Source: Acidimicrobiales bacterium (lineage in GTDB: Bacteria > Actinomycetota > Acidimicrobiia > Acidimicrobiales > CADCSY01). From it: 45,592 nucleotides of DNA. The stretch lies in NCBI GenBank assembly GCA_051005375.1, contig JBPCJK010000151.1, positions 1-45,592 of the forward strand, read 5' to 3'. This document shows, in pieces, positions 26,817 through 36,198 of the stretch. The first letter of the stretch is position 1, and the number at the start of each line of letters is the position of its first letter. The position numbers and the translations under genes are program-made. The notes under the pieces were generated by a model, which was given only the letters and a program-made list of their open reading frames with translations, had not been told where the DNA came from and did not search any database.

Positions 26817-28311
26817 CTTGTCCTCGTCGGTGTAGCCGTCGAGGGCGCACGACCTCCATGCGGTCGAGGAGGGGACCGGGGATGGTCTCCAACACGTTGG
26901 CGGTGGCGATGAACACCACGTCGGACAGGTCGAGGTCGACCTCCAGGTAGTGGTCGCGAAAGGTGTGGTTCTGGGCCGGATCGAGGACCTCGAGCAGGGC
27001 CGAGGACGGGTCTCCCCGCCAGTCGTTGCCGACCTTGTCGACCTCGTCGAGCAGCAGGACCGGGTTCATGGCCCCGGCCTCGGTCAGCGCCCGCACGAAC
27101 CGGCCGGGACGAGCCCCGACGTAAGTTCGGCGGTGGCCACGGATCTCGGCCTCGTCGCGCACGCCCCCCAGCGCCACCCGGGCGAAGGGCCGTCCCATGG
27201 CCCGGGCCACCGACTGGCCGAGCGAGGTCTTGCCCACCCCCGGAGGGCCAACCAGGGCCAGGATGGCGCCCCCACCTCGTCCACCGCCCGCCGGCGCCGA
27301 GGCGTCGACGCCCCGATCGGCGCGCAGCTTGCGCACCGCCAACAACTCGATTATGCGCTCCTTGACCTCCTCCAGGCCGGCGTGGTCGGCGTCGAGCACG
27401 GCACGAGCGGCCCCCAGATCGAGCGCATCCTCGGCCCGGTTCCCCCAGGGAAGCTCCAGCACGGTTTCGAGCCAGGCCAGGATCCACCCGTGCTCGGGGC
27501 TCTGGGGCCCGGTCCGCTCCAGCTTCTCCAGCTCCCGCTCTACGGCGGCCCTGACCTCCTCAGGCGCCCCCGAGGCCTCGAGGCGGGTGCGGTAGCCGCC
27601 GACGAGGTCGTCGTCACCCTCGCCCAGCTCGACCCGGATGGCTTCCAGCTGGCGTCGGAGCACGGCTTCGCGCTGGGCCTTGTCGATGCCCTCGGCGACA
27701 CCCCGGTTGACCTCGGAGCGCACCGTGGTGTCGGCCAGCACCTCTCGGGCCCAGCCCAGCACCTTGTCCAGGCGGACCTCGACGTCGAGGGCCTCCAACA
27801 CCTCGACCTTCTGCTCCAGGCTCAGGTCGGGCAGGTAGAGGGCGGTGTCGGCCACGGCGCCAGGGTCGGTGATGCCCCGCAGGCCCTCGGCCATGCGGCT
27901 GGCGCCCCGCTGCTCGAGGATGGCCTCGACCACGGCCCGATACTCCCGGGCCAGCTCTCGAGCCCGCTCCCCCACCTCGGTCACGCCCACCGGCTCGGCC
28001 GATACCCACAGGCCCTCGCCCTGGCCGCCGACGCCGGCGCCGATGACGGCGCGCTCCAGTCCCCGGACCACCACCGCCGGCAGGCCGCCGGGCAGCTCCC
28101 CGACATCCTCGATCTTGGCCACCGTGCCCACCCGGGCGTAGCGCCCGTCGAGCCTGGGCACCAGCAGGAGGCGATCGGTGCCGCCCCGGGCGACCTCGAC
28201 CGCGGTGCGGGCTTCGGCGGTCTCCAGCACGATGTTGACCACCATGGACGGGCCGACCACGCCGCCGGTGAGGGGCAGGACGGGAAGGGTGAGCGTCTCG
28301 GTCTCGGGCAT
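26737..28311 (-). CDS. lon: Lon protease, N-terminal fragment (LON substrate-binding domain + AAA+ module)
   Basis: [19 protein letters not shown]...[19 protein letters not shown]...[10 protein letters not shown]...[24 protein letters not shown]. The frame is lost right after DRMEVV, at a GGG/CCC run near 26843-26845. Confidence 0.85.
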   Translation of the reverse strand: MPETETLTLPVLPLTGGVVGPSMVVNIVLETAEARTAVEVARGGTDRLLLVPRLDGRYARVGTVAKIEDVGELPGGLPAVVVRGLERAVIGAGVGGQGEGLWVSAEPVGVTEVGERARELAREYRAVVEAILEQRGASRMAEGLRGITDPGAVADTALYLPDLSLEQKVEVLEALDVEVRLDKVLGWAREVLADTTVRSEVNRGVAEGIDKAQREAVLRRQLEAIRVELGEGDDDLVGGYRTRLEASGAPEEVRAAVERELEKLERTGPQSPEHGWILAWLETVLELPWGNRAEDALDLGAARAVLDADHAGLEEVKERIIELLAVRKLRADRGVDASAPAGGGRGGGAILALVGPPGVGKTSLGQSVARAMGRPFARVALGGVRDEAEIRGHRRTYVGARPGRFVRALTEAGAMNPVLLLDEVDKVGNDWRGDPSSALLEVLDPAQNHTFRDHYLEVDLDLSDVVFIATANVLETIPGPLLDRMEVVRPRRLHRRGQGGHRPGPPHAPPAGAHRPAPRRGCGG

Positions 28312-28374
28312 GTCCGTTGTAACAAGAATTACCCAACACCTATTCCACTGCCAGGAGGCGCTCAGCGCTGGGGT

Positions 28375-29571
<1,197 letters not shown>

Positions 29572-29702
29572 TGGTAGAGACTACCGATATGCCTGCGTCG
29601 CAAGACGGGCCTGGGAGACCGCCAGCGCATGGCAGCCAGGCCGTACGCTCAGGCCGTCAGCTTCGAACCCCTCCGGACGACTGCCTCCCCGAGGAGCCCA
29701 CC

Positions 29703-30119
29703 ATGAAGCGCATCACCCGGCTGCCGGCCGCCGTCTCCCTGGTGGTCGGCGGGATCATCCACCTGCAACTGTGGCTGTCCGGCTACCGGGTCATCCCCTA
29801 CGTAGGTCCCTTCTTCATCGCCAATGTGGTCGTCTCGGCCTTGCTGGCCCTGGCCCTGGTGGCCAGGAACGACTCCCGGGTCACCGTCGTCGCCATCATC
29901 TTCTCCCTGGCATCACTGGTGGCGCTGGTCATGAGCCGCACCGTCGGGCTGTTCGGCTTCACCGAGCCGGCGTGGACCGACCAGGCCGTCCGGGCCACCA
30001 CCGCCGAGTTCGGGGCCATCGTCGCCCTGGCCATCGTCTTCGTCGTCACCCACCGAACCGCCGTCGCCCTGGCGCCAGGCCCGGGCCGTGACCGGCGGGA
30101 CCGGCGCCAAGGCGCATGA
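29703..30119 (+). CDS. hypothetical 4-TM membrane protein
   Basis: ATG at 29703 gives MKRITRLPAAVSLVVGGIIHLQLWLSGYRVIPYVGPFFIANVV..., with four hydrophobic helices. No family recognised. Confidence 0.55.
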   Translation: MKRITRLPAAVSLVVGGIIHLQLWLSGYRVIPYVGPFFIANVVVSALLALALVARNDSRVTVVAIIFSLASLVALVMSRTVGLFGFTEPAWTDQAVRATTAEFGAIVALAIVFVVTHRTAVALAPGPGRDRRDRRQGA

Positions 30120-30145
30120 CGCCTGCACGTCCCGAGGGCAGGCGC

Positions 30146-31015
30146 CTATCGAGGTGACGCCGGTCCGAGGCCCAGATTGGCGCACACCGCCACGGTGCTC
30201 ACCGAGCGGTTCATGGTGTAGAAGTGGAGGCCGGGTACGTCCTCGGCCTGCAGCTTCTGGCCCAGCTCGGTGGCCACCTCGATGCCGATGCGGCGCACCT
30301 CGTCTGGGTCACCGCTGGCCGACTCCAGACGAGCGGTGAGCTCGGGCGGCAGCCTCGTCCCCGACATCTCTGCCATGCGGGCGACCTGGGACAGCCGGTC
30401 GATGGGCATTATGCCGGGGATCACCGGTTTGTCGACGCCCCGTGCCGACAGGCCCTCGACCAGGCGCAGGTAGTCCTCCACCCGGAAGAAGAACTGGGTG
30501 ATGGCGTAGTCGGCAGCCGCCAGCTTGACGGCGGCGTGGTCGAGGTCGAGCTCTCGGGCTCCCCCGGAGTCGGGGTGGCCTTCGGGGTGCACGGCCACGC
30601 CCACCGAGAAGTCGCCCACGTCCCGCACGAGGTCGACCAGCTCGGAAGCGTGGTGCAGGTCGCCCTCGACCAGGACACCATCACCGTCGAGGGGTGGGTC
30701 GCCCCGGAGGGCGAGGACGTTGTCGATCCCATCGGCTCGGTAACGGGAAAGCATGTCGACGAGCTCCTGGCGGTGGTGGGCGGCGCAGCACACGTGGGCG
30801 ACCGGTAGCAGCGACCAGGATCGGGCCAGATCCACCACCAGATCGTGGGTGCGATCACGGGTGGAGCCGCCGGCGCCGTAGGTCACCGATACGAAGTCGG
30901 GCCGTAAGAACGCAAGCTTCTCGAGCGCTCGGACGAAACGGTCTTCGTCGCGGGGTGGCCAGAGCTCGAACGACAAGGTTGGGCCCGTGGCAAGCAGCTC
31001 GTGGACCTTGGCCAT
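30146..31015 (-). CDS. metF: methylenetetrahydrofolate reductase
   Basis: MAKVHELLATGPTLSFELWPP...FVSVTYGAGGSTRDRT...ALRGDPP...ITQFFF...IPGIMP...HFYTMN. Alternative GTG start at 31066. Confidence 0.85.
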   Translation of the reverse strand: MAKVHELLATGPTLSFELWPPRDEDRFVRALEKLAFLRPDFVSVTYGAGGSTRDRTHDLVVDLARSWSLLPVAHVCCAAHHRQELVDMLSRYRADGIDNVLALRGDPPLDGDGVLVEGDLHHASELVDLVRDVGDFSVGVAVHPEGHPDSGGARELDLDHAAVKLAAADYAITQFFFRVEDYLRLVEGLSARGVDKPVIPGIMPIDRLSQVARMAEMSGTRLPPELTARLESASGDPDEVRRIGIEVATELGQKLQAEDVPGLHFYTMNRSVSTVAVCANLGLGPASPR

Positions 31016-31443
31016 GCTGGCGTCAGCGTAGTGCTGACGCTGGCTGCGTCCGGCCGCTCGGCCCACGGGTCCGCCCTATCGGCGCACCCGCTAAAGGACC
31101 GGCGGTGAGGTGTCGATAGGAACAGAGGTGCCGGCGATGGCGTCGGCTCCAGGAACAAGGAGATGTCGCCATGACATGGTCCATGCGCGGGAAGCACCAC
31201 ACGGCCGGGGATCTGCCCCAGGACCGCTGGAACCGCCCACCGGTGTTCGAGCCCGGCCAAACCGCCCACATCAACGCCAGCCGAGCCGACGAGTTGATCG
31301 ACCACAGCACTGCGGTCAACGACCACGACCGGGCCTGACCGTCGGCGGATCTGCCCACGGCGCCCACTGGGCTCCGGCCTGCTGCTAGGAAAGGGGGTGG
31401 GCAGCGTCGAGGGCGGGTGCCGAGGAGAGCGGGGAGGTGAAAG

Positions 31444-32157
31444 ATGGCTGATCCGGCCCGGCCATGGCGTCGGCCCCCGCCACCTCTACCTCCACGCGAC
31501 GCGAGCGTCGTGCCCCCCGACCTGGTGGCGCGGGCCAGGGGGCTGCGCCAACGACTCGGCGACTACCTGGGAGGCAACTCCCAGGTGCGGCGCCAGACCC
31601 GCAACACCTATGACGAGGTCCTGGTCCAAGTCGCCCACCTGCTCGAGCTCGACGGCGCTCCGGCGCCTGACCTGGTCATCGGCCGTCGGGTCCTCACCAC
31701 GTTGGAGCGGTCCCTGCTGGAGAGGGCGGTCGTCGCCGCCGGCGTCGACCTCGGCATCGACGTACAGCCCCGGGCCCGAGCCCGGGCGCTCGGCCCCGGC
31801 TCCGTCACCGATGCCGCACGTGCCCAGGAGCAGCAGTCCCCACCGTCCCGAGCGGGGTCGGGTACCCAGCGCCAGCAGAGCCTGGCGGCACAGTTGGCCG
31901 ACCGGGTCAGGGTCATGCGCCGACGGCTCGACGTCTACGAGGCCGACGACCGCCTGTGGCCCACCAAGGTGCAGGAGTGGTGTGAGGACCTCGACGCCTA
32001 CGACGGCCTGCTCGTCGATCTGGCGGCGATGGCCGGCCTGCCCCAGGACGCACTGCCTGCGGGAGGTCGTCGGCGGCTCCTGTCCGAGGAGCGGACGGTG
32101 CTCGAATCCGGGCTTGCCCGCTCCGGGCTCGACCTCGGAACGTCGCCATCCCGATAG
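31444..32157 (+). CDS. hypothetical protein
   Basis: 237-aa ORF with SD GGGGAGGTGA 5 nt upstream of the ATG and GC3-rich codon usage. No recognisable domain. Confidence 0.5.
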   Translation: MADPARPWRRPPPPLPPRDASVVPPDLVARARGLRQRLGDYLGGNSQVRRQTRNTYDEVLVQVAHLLELDGAPAPDLVIGRRVLTTLERSLLERAVVAAGVDLGIDVQPRARARALGPGSVTDAARAQEQQSPPSRAGSGTQRQQSLAAQLADRVRVMRRRLDVYEADDRLWPTKVQEWCEDLDAYDGLLVDLAAMAGLPQDALPAGGRRRLLSEERTVLESGLARSGLDLGTSPSR

Positions 32158-32249
32158 CAGGCGTAGCCGCGCTCCGGCGTTTCCCGGCCGGGCCGAGTGG
32201 CTACGCTCCCAGAGAGCACTGCCCCTTCCCCTTTCTTGCGAGGTGCGCG

Positions 32250-32582
32250 ATGACCCACGTGGTGACAGGCCTACAGGACGACGACATGGAGACCACCTGG
32301 CTCCGGCCGGAGGCCACCGCCTCGGGCGCCGAAAGCCCGCTCGGGACCGACGCCGACGAGACCGACAGTGATGCCGCCGACGGTGCCGATGTGGTCGATG
32401 GCGACAGCACAGATACCACCGACGGCGATTCGTCCGAGTCGTCCGATTCCGCCGATACCACGGACTCGACGGACACCACCGACACCACCGACACCACCGA
32501 CACCACCGACACCACCGACACCACGGACTCGACGGACGGCGACACCGCCGACGTCGTCGACGGCGGCACCACTGGCGCCTGA
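32250..32582 (+). CDS. highly acidic D/T/S-rich low-complexity protein (110 aa)
   Basis: GAGGTG lies 5 nt upstream of the ATG. This frame gives GC3-rich codons (acc/gac), whereas the overlapping PPT frame uses cca/aca. It may actually be the N-terminal extension of the downstream JmjC gene. Confidence 0.5.
   Translation: MTHVVTGLQDDDMETTWLRPEATASGAESPLGTDADETDSDAADGADVVDGDSTDTTDGDSSESSDSADTTDSTDTTDTTDTTDTTDTTDTTDSTDGDTADVVDGGTTGA
32472..32525. repeat. 9-bp tandem repeat GACACCACC x6 (encodes DTT repeats)
   Basis: Five perfect units plus one unit with a single change. Flanked on both sides by ACCACGGACTCGACGGAC. Confidence 0.9.
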
Positions 32583-33801
32583 GACCGCCCTCGGCGGGCT
32601 GGCCCGCTGTGTCGGCGATGTTGACGACTTCCTGGAGCTGTGCTGGTCCAGCCGGCCCCACCTGCGAAGCGATCCCGATCCGGCTCGCTTCGCCGATCTG
32701 TTGTCCCTGGCCGCTGTCGACCACGTGCTGGCCACGACCGCCCCCCGAACCCCGTCGTTCAGGTTGGTCAAGGACGGCAAGCCACTCCTCGTCGAGGCCT
32801 ACACCCGCTCCGGCCGAGTAGGGGGCCAGCCCTACCGGGGCGCCGCCGACCCCCTCCGGATCTCCCAAGCCTTCGCCGACGGGGCCACCATCGTGTTGCA
32901 GTCGCTGCACCGCTCGTGGGCGCCATTGGCCCGCTTTTGCCGGGACCTCGAGCTGGACCTGACCCATCCCGCCCAGGCCAACGCCTACCTCACTCCCGCC
33001 GGGGCCGTGGCCCTGGCTCCCCATCACGACACCCACGATGTGTTCGTCCTCCAGGTGCACGGCCACAAGCACTGGCGGGTCTCGGAGCCGGTGGTGGCGC
33101 TGCCCTTGCCCCGCCACCGGTCCCGCCAGGAGCTGGCTGCGGCCCAGCCGGTGATCTTCGAAGCCGAGCTCGGCCCCGGCGACTGCCTGTACCTGCCCCG
33201 AGGTTTCATCCATGCCGCCGCTGCCCAGCAGGACGCCTCGCTGCACATCACCATCGGCATCCACGCCGCCACCGCTTACGACGTACTGGCCGCCCTGCTC
33301 GACCGGGCCGCCGAGCACCCTGCCTTCCGGGTGTCGCTCCCCGTCGGTTTCGCCCGGGACGACGACGGTGGCGGCGGCAAGGGCCTGCGCCTGGCGGTGG
33401 AGGAATGCATGGCCGAGGCCCAACGCTGGCTGGCATCGGTCGACCCCGAGCCCGTCGCCGCCGAGCTGCAGGACCGGTTTTGGAGCCAACGTCCTCCCCT
33501 CCTCGACGGCCAGCTGCGACAGATGGTGGACCTGGATGGCCTCGAGGACCGAGACGTGGTCGTGCGCCGAGCCGGATCCATCGCCGAGCGCCGGCCTTGC
33601 AACGCCGACCGGGTGCGGATCCTGTTGGGTGACCGCGAGCTGGTCCTGCCCGCCAGTGTCGGGCCGGCGCTGTGGCGTCTCCTCGACGGTGAGCCACGGC
33701 CAGTCTCAGCCCTGGCCGACCTGCTCGACGCCGCCAGCCGCCTGGTCCTGGTCCGCCGCCTGGTTCGGGAGGGTCTGGTGGAGGTCGTGGACGGCCGTTG
33801 A
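32581..33801 (+). CDS. cupin-4 / JmjC-domain protein (RoxA/YcfD-like oxygenase), start codon unresolved
   Basis: FLELCWSSRPHL...QANAYLTPAGAVALAPHHDTHDVFVLQVHGHKHW...GDCLYLPRGFIHAA...SLHITIG (HxD...H facial triad), plus a C-terminal winged-helix-like tail. There is no ATG/GTG/TTG in frame between the acidic ORF stop (32582) and the conserved N-terminal block. Confidence 0.7.
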   Translation, partial: ETALGGLARCVGDVDDFLELCWSSRPHLRSDPDPARFADLLSLAAVDHVLATTAPRTPSFRLVKDGKPLLVEAYTRSGRVGGQPYRGAADPLRISQAFADGATIVLQSLHRSWAPLARFCRDLELDLTHPAQANAYLTPAGAVALAPHHDTHDVFVLQVHGHKHWRVSEPVVALPLPRHRSRQELAAAQPVIFEAELGPGDCLYLPRGFIHAAAAQQDASLHITIGIHAATAYDVLAALLDRAAEHPAFRVSLPVGFARDDDGGGGKGLRLAVEECMAEAQRWLASVDPEPVAAELQDRFWSQRPPLLDGQLRQMVDLDGLEDRDVVVRRAGSIAERRPCNADRVRILLGDRELVLPASVGPALWRLLDGEPRPVSALADLLDAASRLVLVRRLVREGLVEVVDGR

Positions 33802-33804
33802 GAG

Positions 33805-34803
33805 GTGCCTGATGAGCTGAGCAGGGCAACCTGCGCCGTCGAGTCAGCCCGCCGGGGCGAGGCCCTGGCTGCCACCGCCTCCCGGGTGCGCTCGTGGTTG
33901 TTGATCGAGCAACCTGGGCCCTGGGGGCGAAAGGCCCTGGTGGAGAGCGACCTCGACCGGGAGTTGGCCGCCACCCTGGAGCGCCGGTGCCGGGACCACG
34001 GGGTACGACCCCTGCTCATCCGCCGTCCCGGTTGGCGCCGTCCTGACACCCGCCGCCGGTGCTACCTGGGCCACTCCGGCGCCCAGCGGAGCTGGCTGGT
34101 GTCAGTGGACCTCGACCGCCCTACGGCCCTGCTCGACCTCGACCTGGCCCTGCTGGCCAACGATCCGCCTCCGGCGCTGGGCCAGATCCAGGAAGGACCG
34201 CTGTTCCTGGTCTGCACCAACGGCAGGCACGATCGCTGCTGCGCCGAGCGGGGCCGACCGCTGGCCCGGGCCCTGGTCGCTGGCGGGGTCCCCGACGTGT
34301 GGGAGTGCTCCCACATCGGCGGCGACCGCTTCGCCGCCACCCTGGTGTGCCTGCCCGACGGGGCGTACTTCGGTAGGGTGGCGCCCTCGGAGGGGCCGAC
34401 CCTCGCCGCCGACTACGCCCGTGGGCTCCTCACCCTCGACCGCTACCGGGGCCGGTCGGCCTACCCCCCACTGGTCCAGGCCGCCGAGCAGTTCGCCCGC
34501 CAGGCCAGCGGCATCCGGGAGATCGACGGCATGGCGGCATCCGTCATCGACTGGACCAGCGTCGACGCTGTCGAAGTGACCTTTACCGCCTCCCGGCCGC
34601 CATGGGGACGGGCGTGGCGGGTTCAGGTCGGTCGCCGGCGCTCGTCCACGCCGGTGACCCTGACCTGCCACTCCGACCAGCCGTCCCTGCCCTGGGAGTA
34701 CCACCTGCAGGACCTCACGCTGATGGAGGGGGTGCGGGGACAGCCCTCGCTAGGGTGCGCTGAACGGTTCGGGGAGCACGGACGCCGCCCTTCCTGGCGG
34801 TGA
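33805..34803 (+). CDS. sucrase/ferredoxin-like (Suc_Fer-like) family protein
   Basis: LLIEQPGPWG...FLVCTNGRHDRCCAERGRPLARAL...VWECSHIGGDRFAATLVCLPDG matches the thioredoxin-like [2Fe-2S] Suc_Fer-like pattern. GTG start 4 nt after the JmjC stop. Confidence 0.7.
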   Translation: MPDELSRATCAVESARRGEALAATASRVRSWLLIEQPGPWGRKALVESDLDRELAATLERRCRDHGVRPLLIRRPGWRRPDTRRRCYLGHSGAQRSWLVSVDLDRPTALLDLDLALLANDPPPALGQIQEGPLFLVCTNGRHDRCCAERGRPLARALVAGGVPDVWECSHIGGDRFAATLVCLPDGAYFGRVAPSEGPTLAADYARGLLTLDRYRGRSAYPPLVQAAEQFARQASGIREIDGMAASVIDWTSVDAVEVTFTASRPPWGRAWRVQVGRRRSSTPVTLTCHSDQPSLPWEYHLQDLTLMEGVRGQPSLGCAERFGEHGRRPSWR

Positions 34804-34834
34804 CTCCGCCGGTCGACGAAGGGAAGGGCTCAGG

Positions 34835-34966
34835 TCAACCTTCGCTTGCGCACTTGCACTCCGGAGTGGGTTCACCACAGCCGTCGCAGGCGACGCGGCC
34901 CTGCTCGTTGTTGTGAACGCCTCCTCCGCACTTCTCGCAGACGCTTCCGGGTGGGATGTTGGCCAT
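34835..34966 (-). CDS. small Cys-rich protein (43 aa; CxxC...CxxC...CxC)
   Basis: MANIPPGSVCEKCGGGVHNNEQGRVACDGCGEPTPECKCASEG. GGAAAGGGA SD-like sequence upstream. 89 nt downstream of folD on the same strand. Confidence 0.5.
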   Translation of the reverse strand: MANIPPGSVCEKCGGGVHNNEQGRVACDGCGEPTPECKCASEG

Positions 34967-35055
34967 AAGAGGGTCCCTTTCCTGAGCTGCTACTCGACTG
35001 GGCGCACTATACGCAAAGGGTCGAGGATCGTAGGGGTGTGGTTGCCCAGTGCCGG

Positions 35056-35913
35056 TCAGCCCCGGCGGCGTTCGGCAGCGGTCACCGTGTTGGCCAGGAG
35101 CATGGCGACGGTGGTCGGCCCCACGCCCCCGACCCGGGGGGTGATCCAGCCCGCCACCTCGGCCACCGACTCGTCGACATCGGGCAGGATGCGCCGACCC
35201 TCGTAACGGACCCCGCCGCCCACCACCACGGCGCCGGGGCGGACGTGGCCGGGGCGCAGGATGCCGGGCACGCCGGCGGCGGCGATGACGATGTCGGCCC
35301 GGCGGGTGTGCTCGGGCCAGTCGGGCACCCCGGTGTGGACCACGGTGAGGGCGGCGTTGGCCGTCGGACGCTTCTGGGTCAACAGCAGCGACAGGGGCCG
35401 GCCCAGGGTGAAGCCCCGGCCCAGGACCACCACGTGGCGGCCGGCCACCGGCACCTGGTAGTGGGCCATCAGGGCCTCGATGCCCGCCGGGGTGCACGGC
35501 ACCGGGCCCGGCATCGACAGGGCCAGGCGGCCCAGGTTGAGCGGGTGCAAGCCGTCGGCGTCCTTGTCGGCGTCCATGGCCAGTAAGGCCGACTCGTAGT
35601 CGATCTGGGGCGGGGTGGGGTGCTGGACCAACATGGCGTCGACGTCGGGATCGTCGTTGTAGGCACGGATGGCCGCCAGCAGGTCGTCCTGGGTGGCGCC
35701 GGCGCTCAAGTGGGTGTGGGGCGAGTAGATCCCCACCTCGGCGCAGCGGGCCTGCTTGACCCTGATGTAGCCGGCACTGGCCGGATCGTCGCCAACCAGG
35801 ATTGTCCCGAGCCCGGGTGGGCGCCCGGCAGCGGCCATCGCCGCCACCCGGGGCACCAGACCGGCCAGCACGGCGTCGGCCACCGGCCCCCCGGGCATGA
35901 GGATGGCGCTCAC
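35056..35913 (-). CDS. folD: bifunctional methylenetetrahydrofolate dehydrogenase/cyclohydrolase
   Basis: 285 aa. ...LGTILVGDDPASAGYIRVKQ...DAMLVQHPTP...HPLNLGRL...PCTPAGI...VVVLGRGFTLGRPL...GGVGPTTVAML. Confidence 0.9.
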   Translation of the reverse strand: MSAILMPGGPVADAVLAGLVPRVAAMAAAGRPPGLGTILVGDDPASAGYIRVKQARCAEVGIYSPHTHLSAGATQDDLLAAIRAYNDDPDVDAMLVQHPTPPQIDYESALLAMDADKDADGLHPLNLGRLALSMPGPVPCTPAGIEALMAHYQVPVAGRHVVVLGRGFTLGRPLSLLLTQKRPTANAALTVVHTGVPDWPEHTRRADIVIAAAGVPGILRPGHVRPGAVVVGGGVRYEGRRILPDVDESVAEVAGWITPRVGGVGPTTVAMLLANTVTAAERRRG

Positions 35914-36065
35914 GCCCGAAGTCTAGGACCCAACCGCCAGGCGCCGAAGGCGACTACGACTGGCCGCCGGCCACACCCAGGAGTCGCCGGAGGCGACGAG
36001 GAGTTTTGGCTGCCGGCCAAACCAGCCGCCGAAGGCGGCCCCTCTGGATGGCGGCCCGGCGAGCA

Positions 36066-36100
36066 GCCACGGCGGATTATCGCCGTAAGCGGGACAGAGC
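36066..36100. repeat. 35-nt palindrome-containing repeat, copy 2 (purH-folD intergenic)
   Basis: GCCACGGCGGATTATCGCCGTAAGCGGGACAGAGC. See 9793..9827. Confidence 0.8.
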
Positions 36101-36198
36101 GAGCCAGGAAGGTCTTCAGCGCTCCGGCCGGGCGGCTCCGCCGTCCGGCCGGAGCACGATCACCTCGTCGTCGAACCTCCGGTTCGGCGACGAAACCC

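Noticed and set aside
31016-31200. SAM or SAH riboswitch upstream of metF.
   Set aside because: I could not match the sequence to the conserved cores of SAM-I, SAM-IV or SAH riboswitches as I remember them. Only generic hairpins are seen, and these are reported as a low-interest finding instead.
32368-32600. Alternative reading of the repeat region as a Pro/Thr-rich N-terminus (TPPTPPTPP...) of the JmjC protein, starting at GTG/ATG 32368.
   Set aside because: That frame uses A-ending and G-ending cca/aca/ccg codons, atypical for this genome. The acidic frame uses acc/gac (GC3-rich) and has its own SD and ATG.
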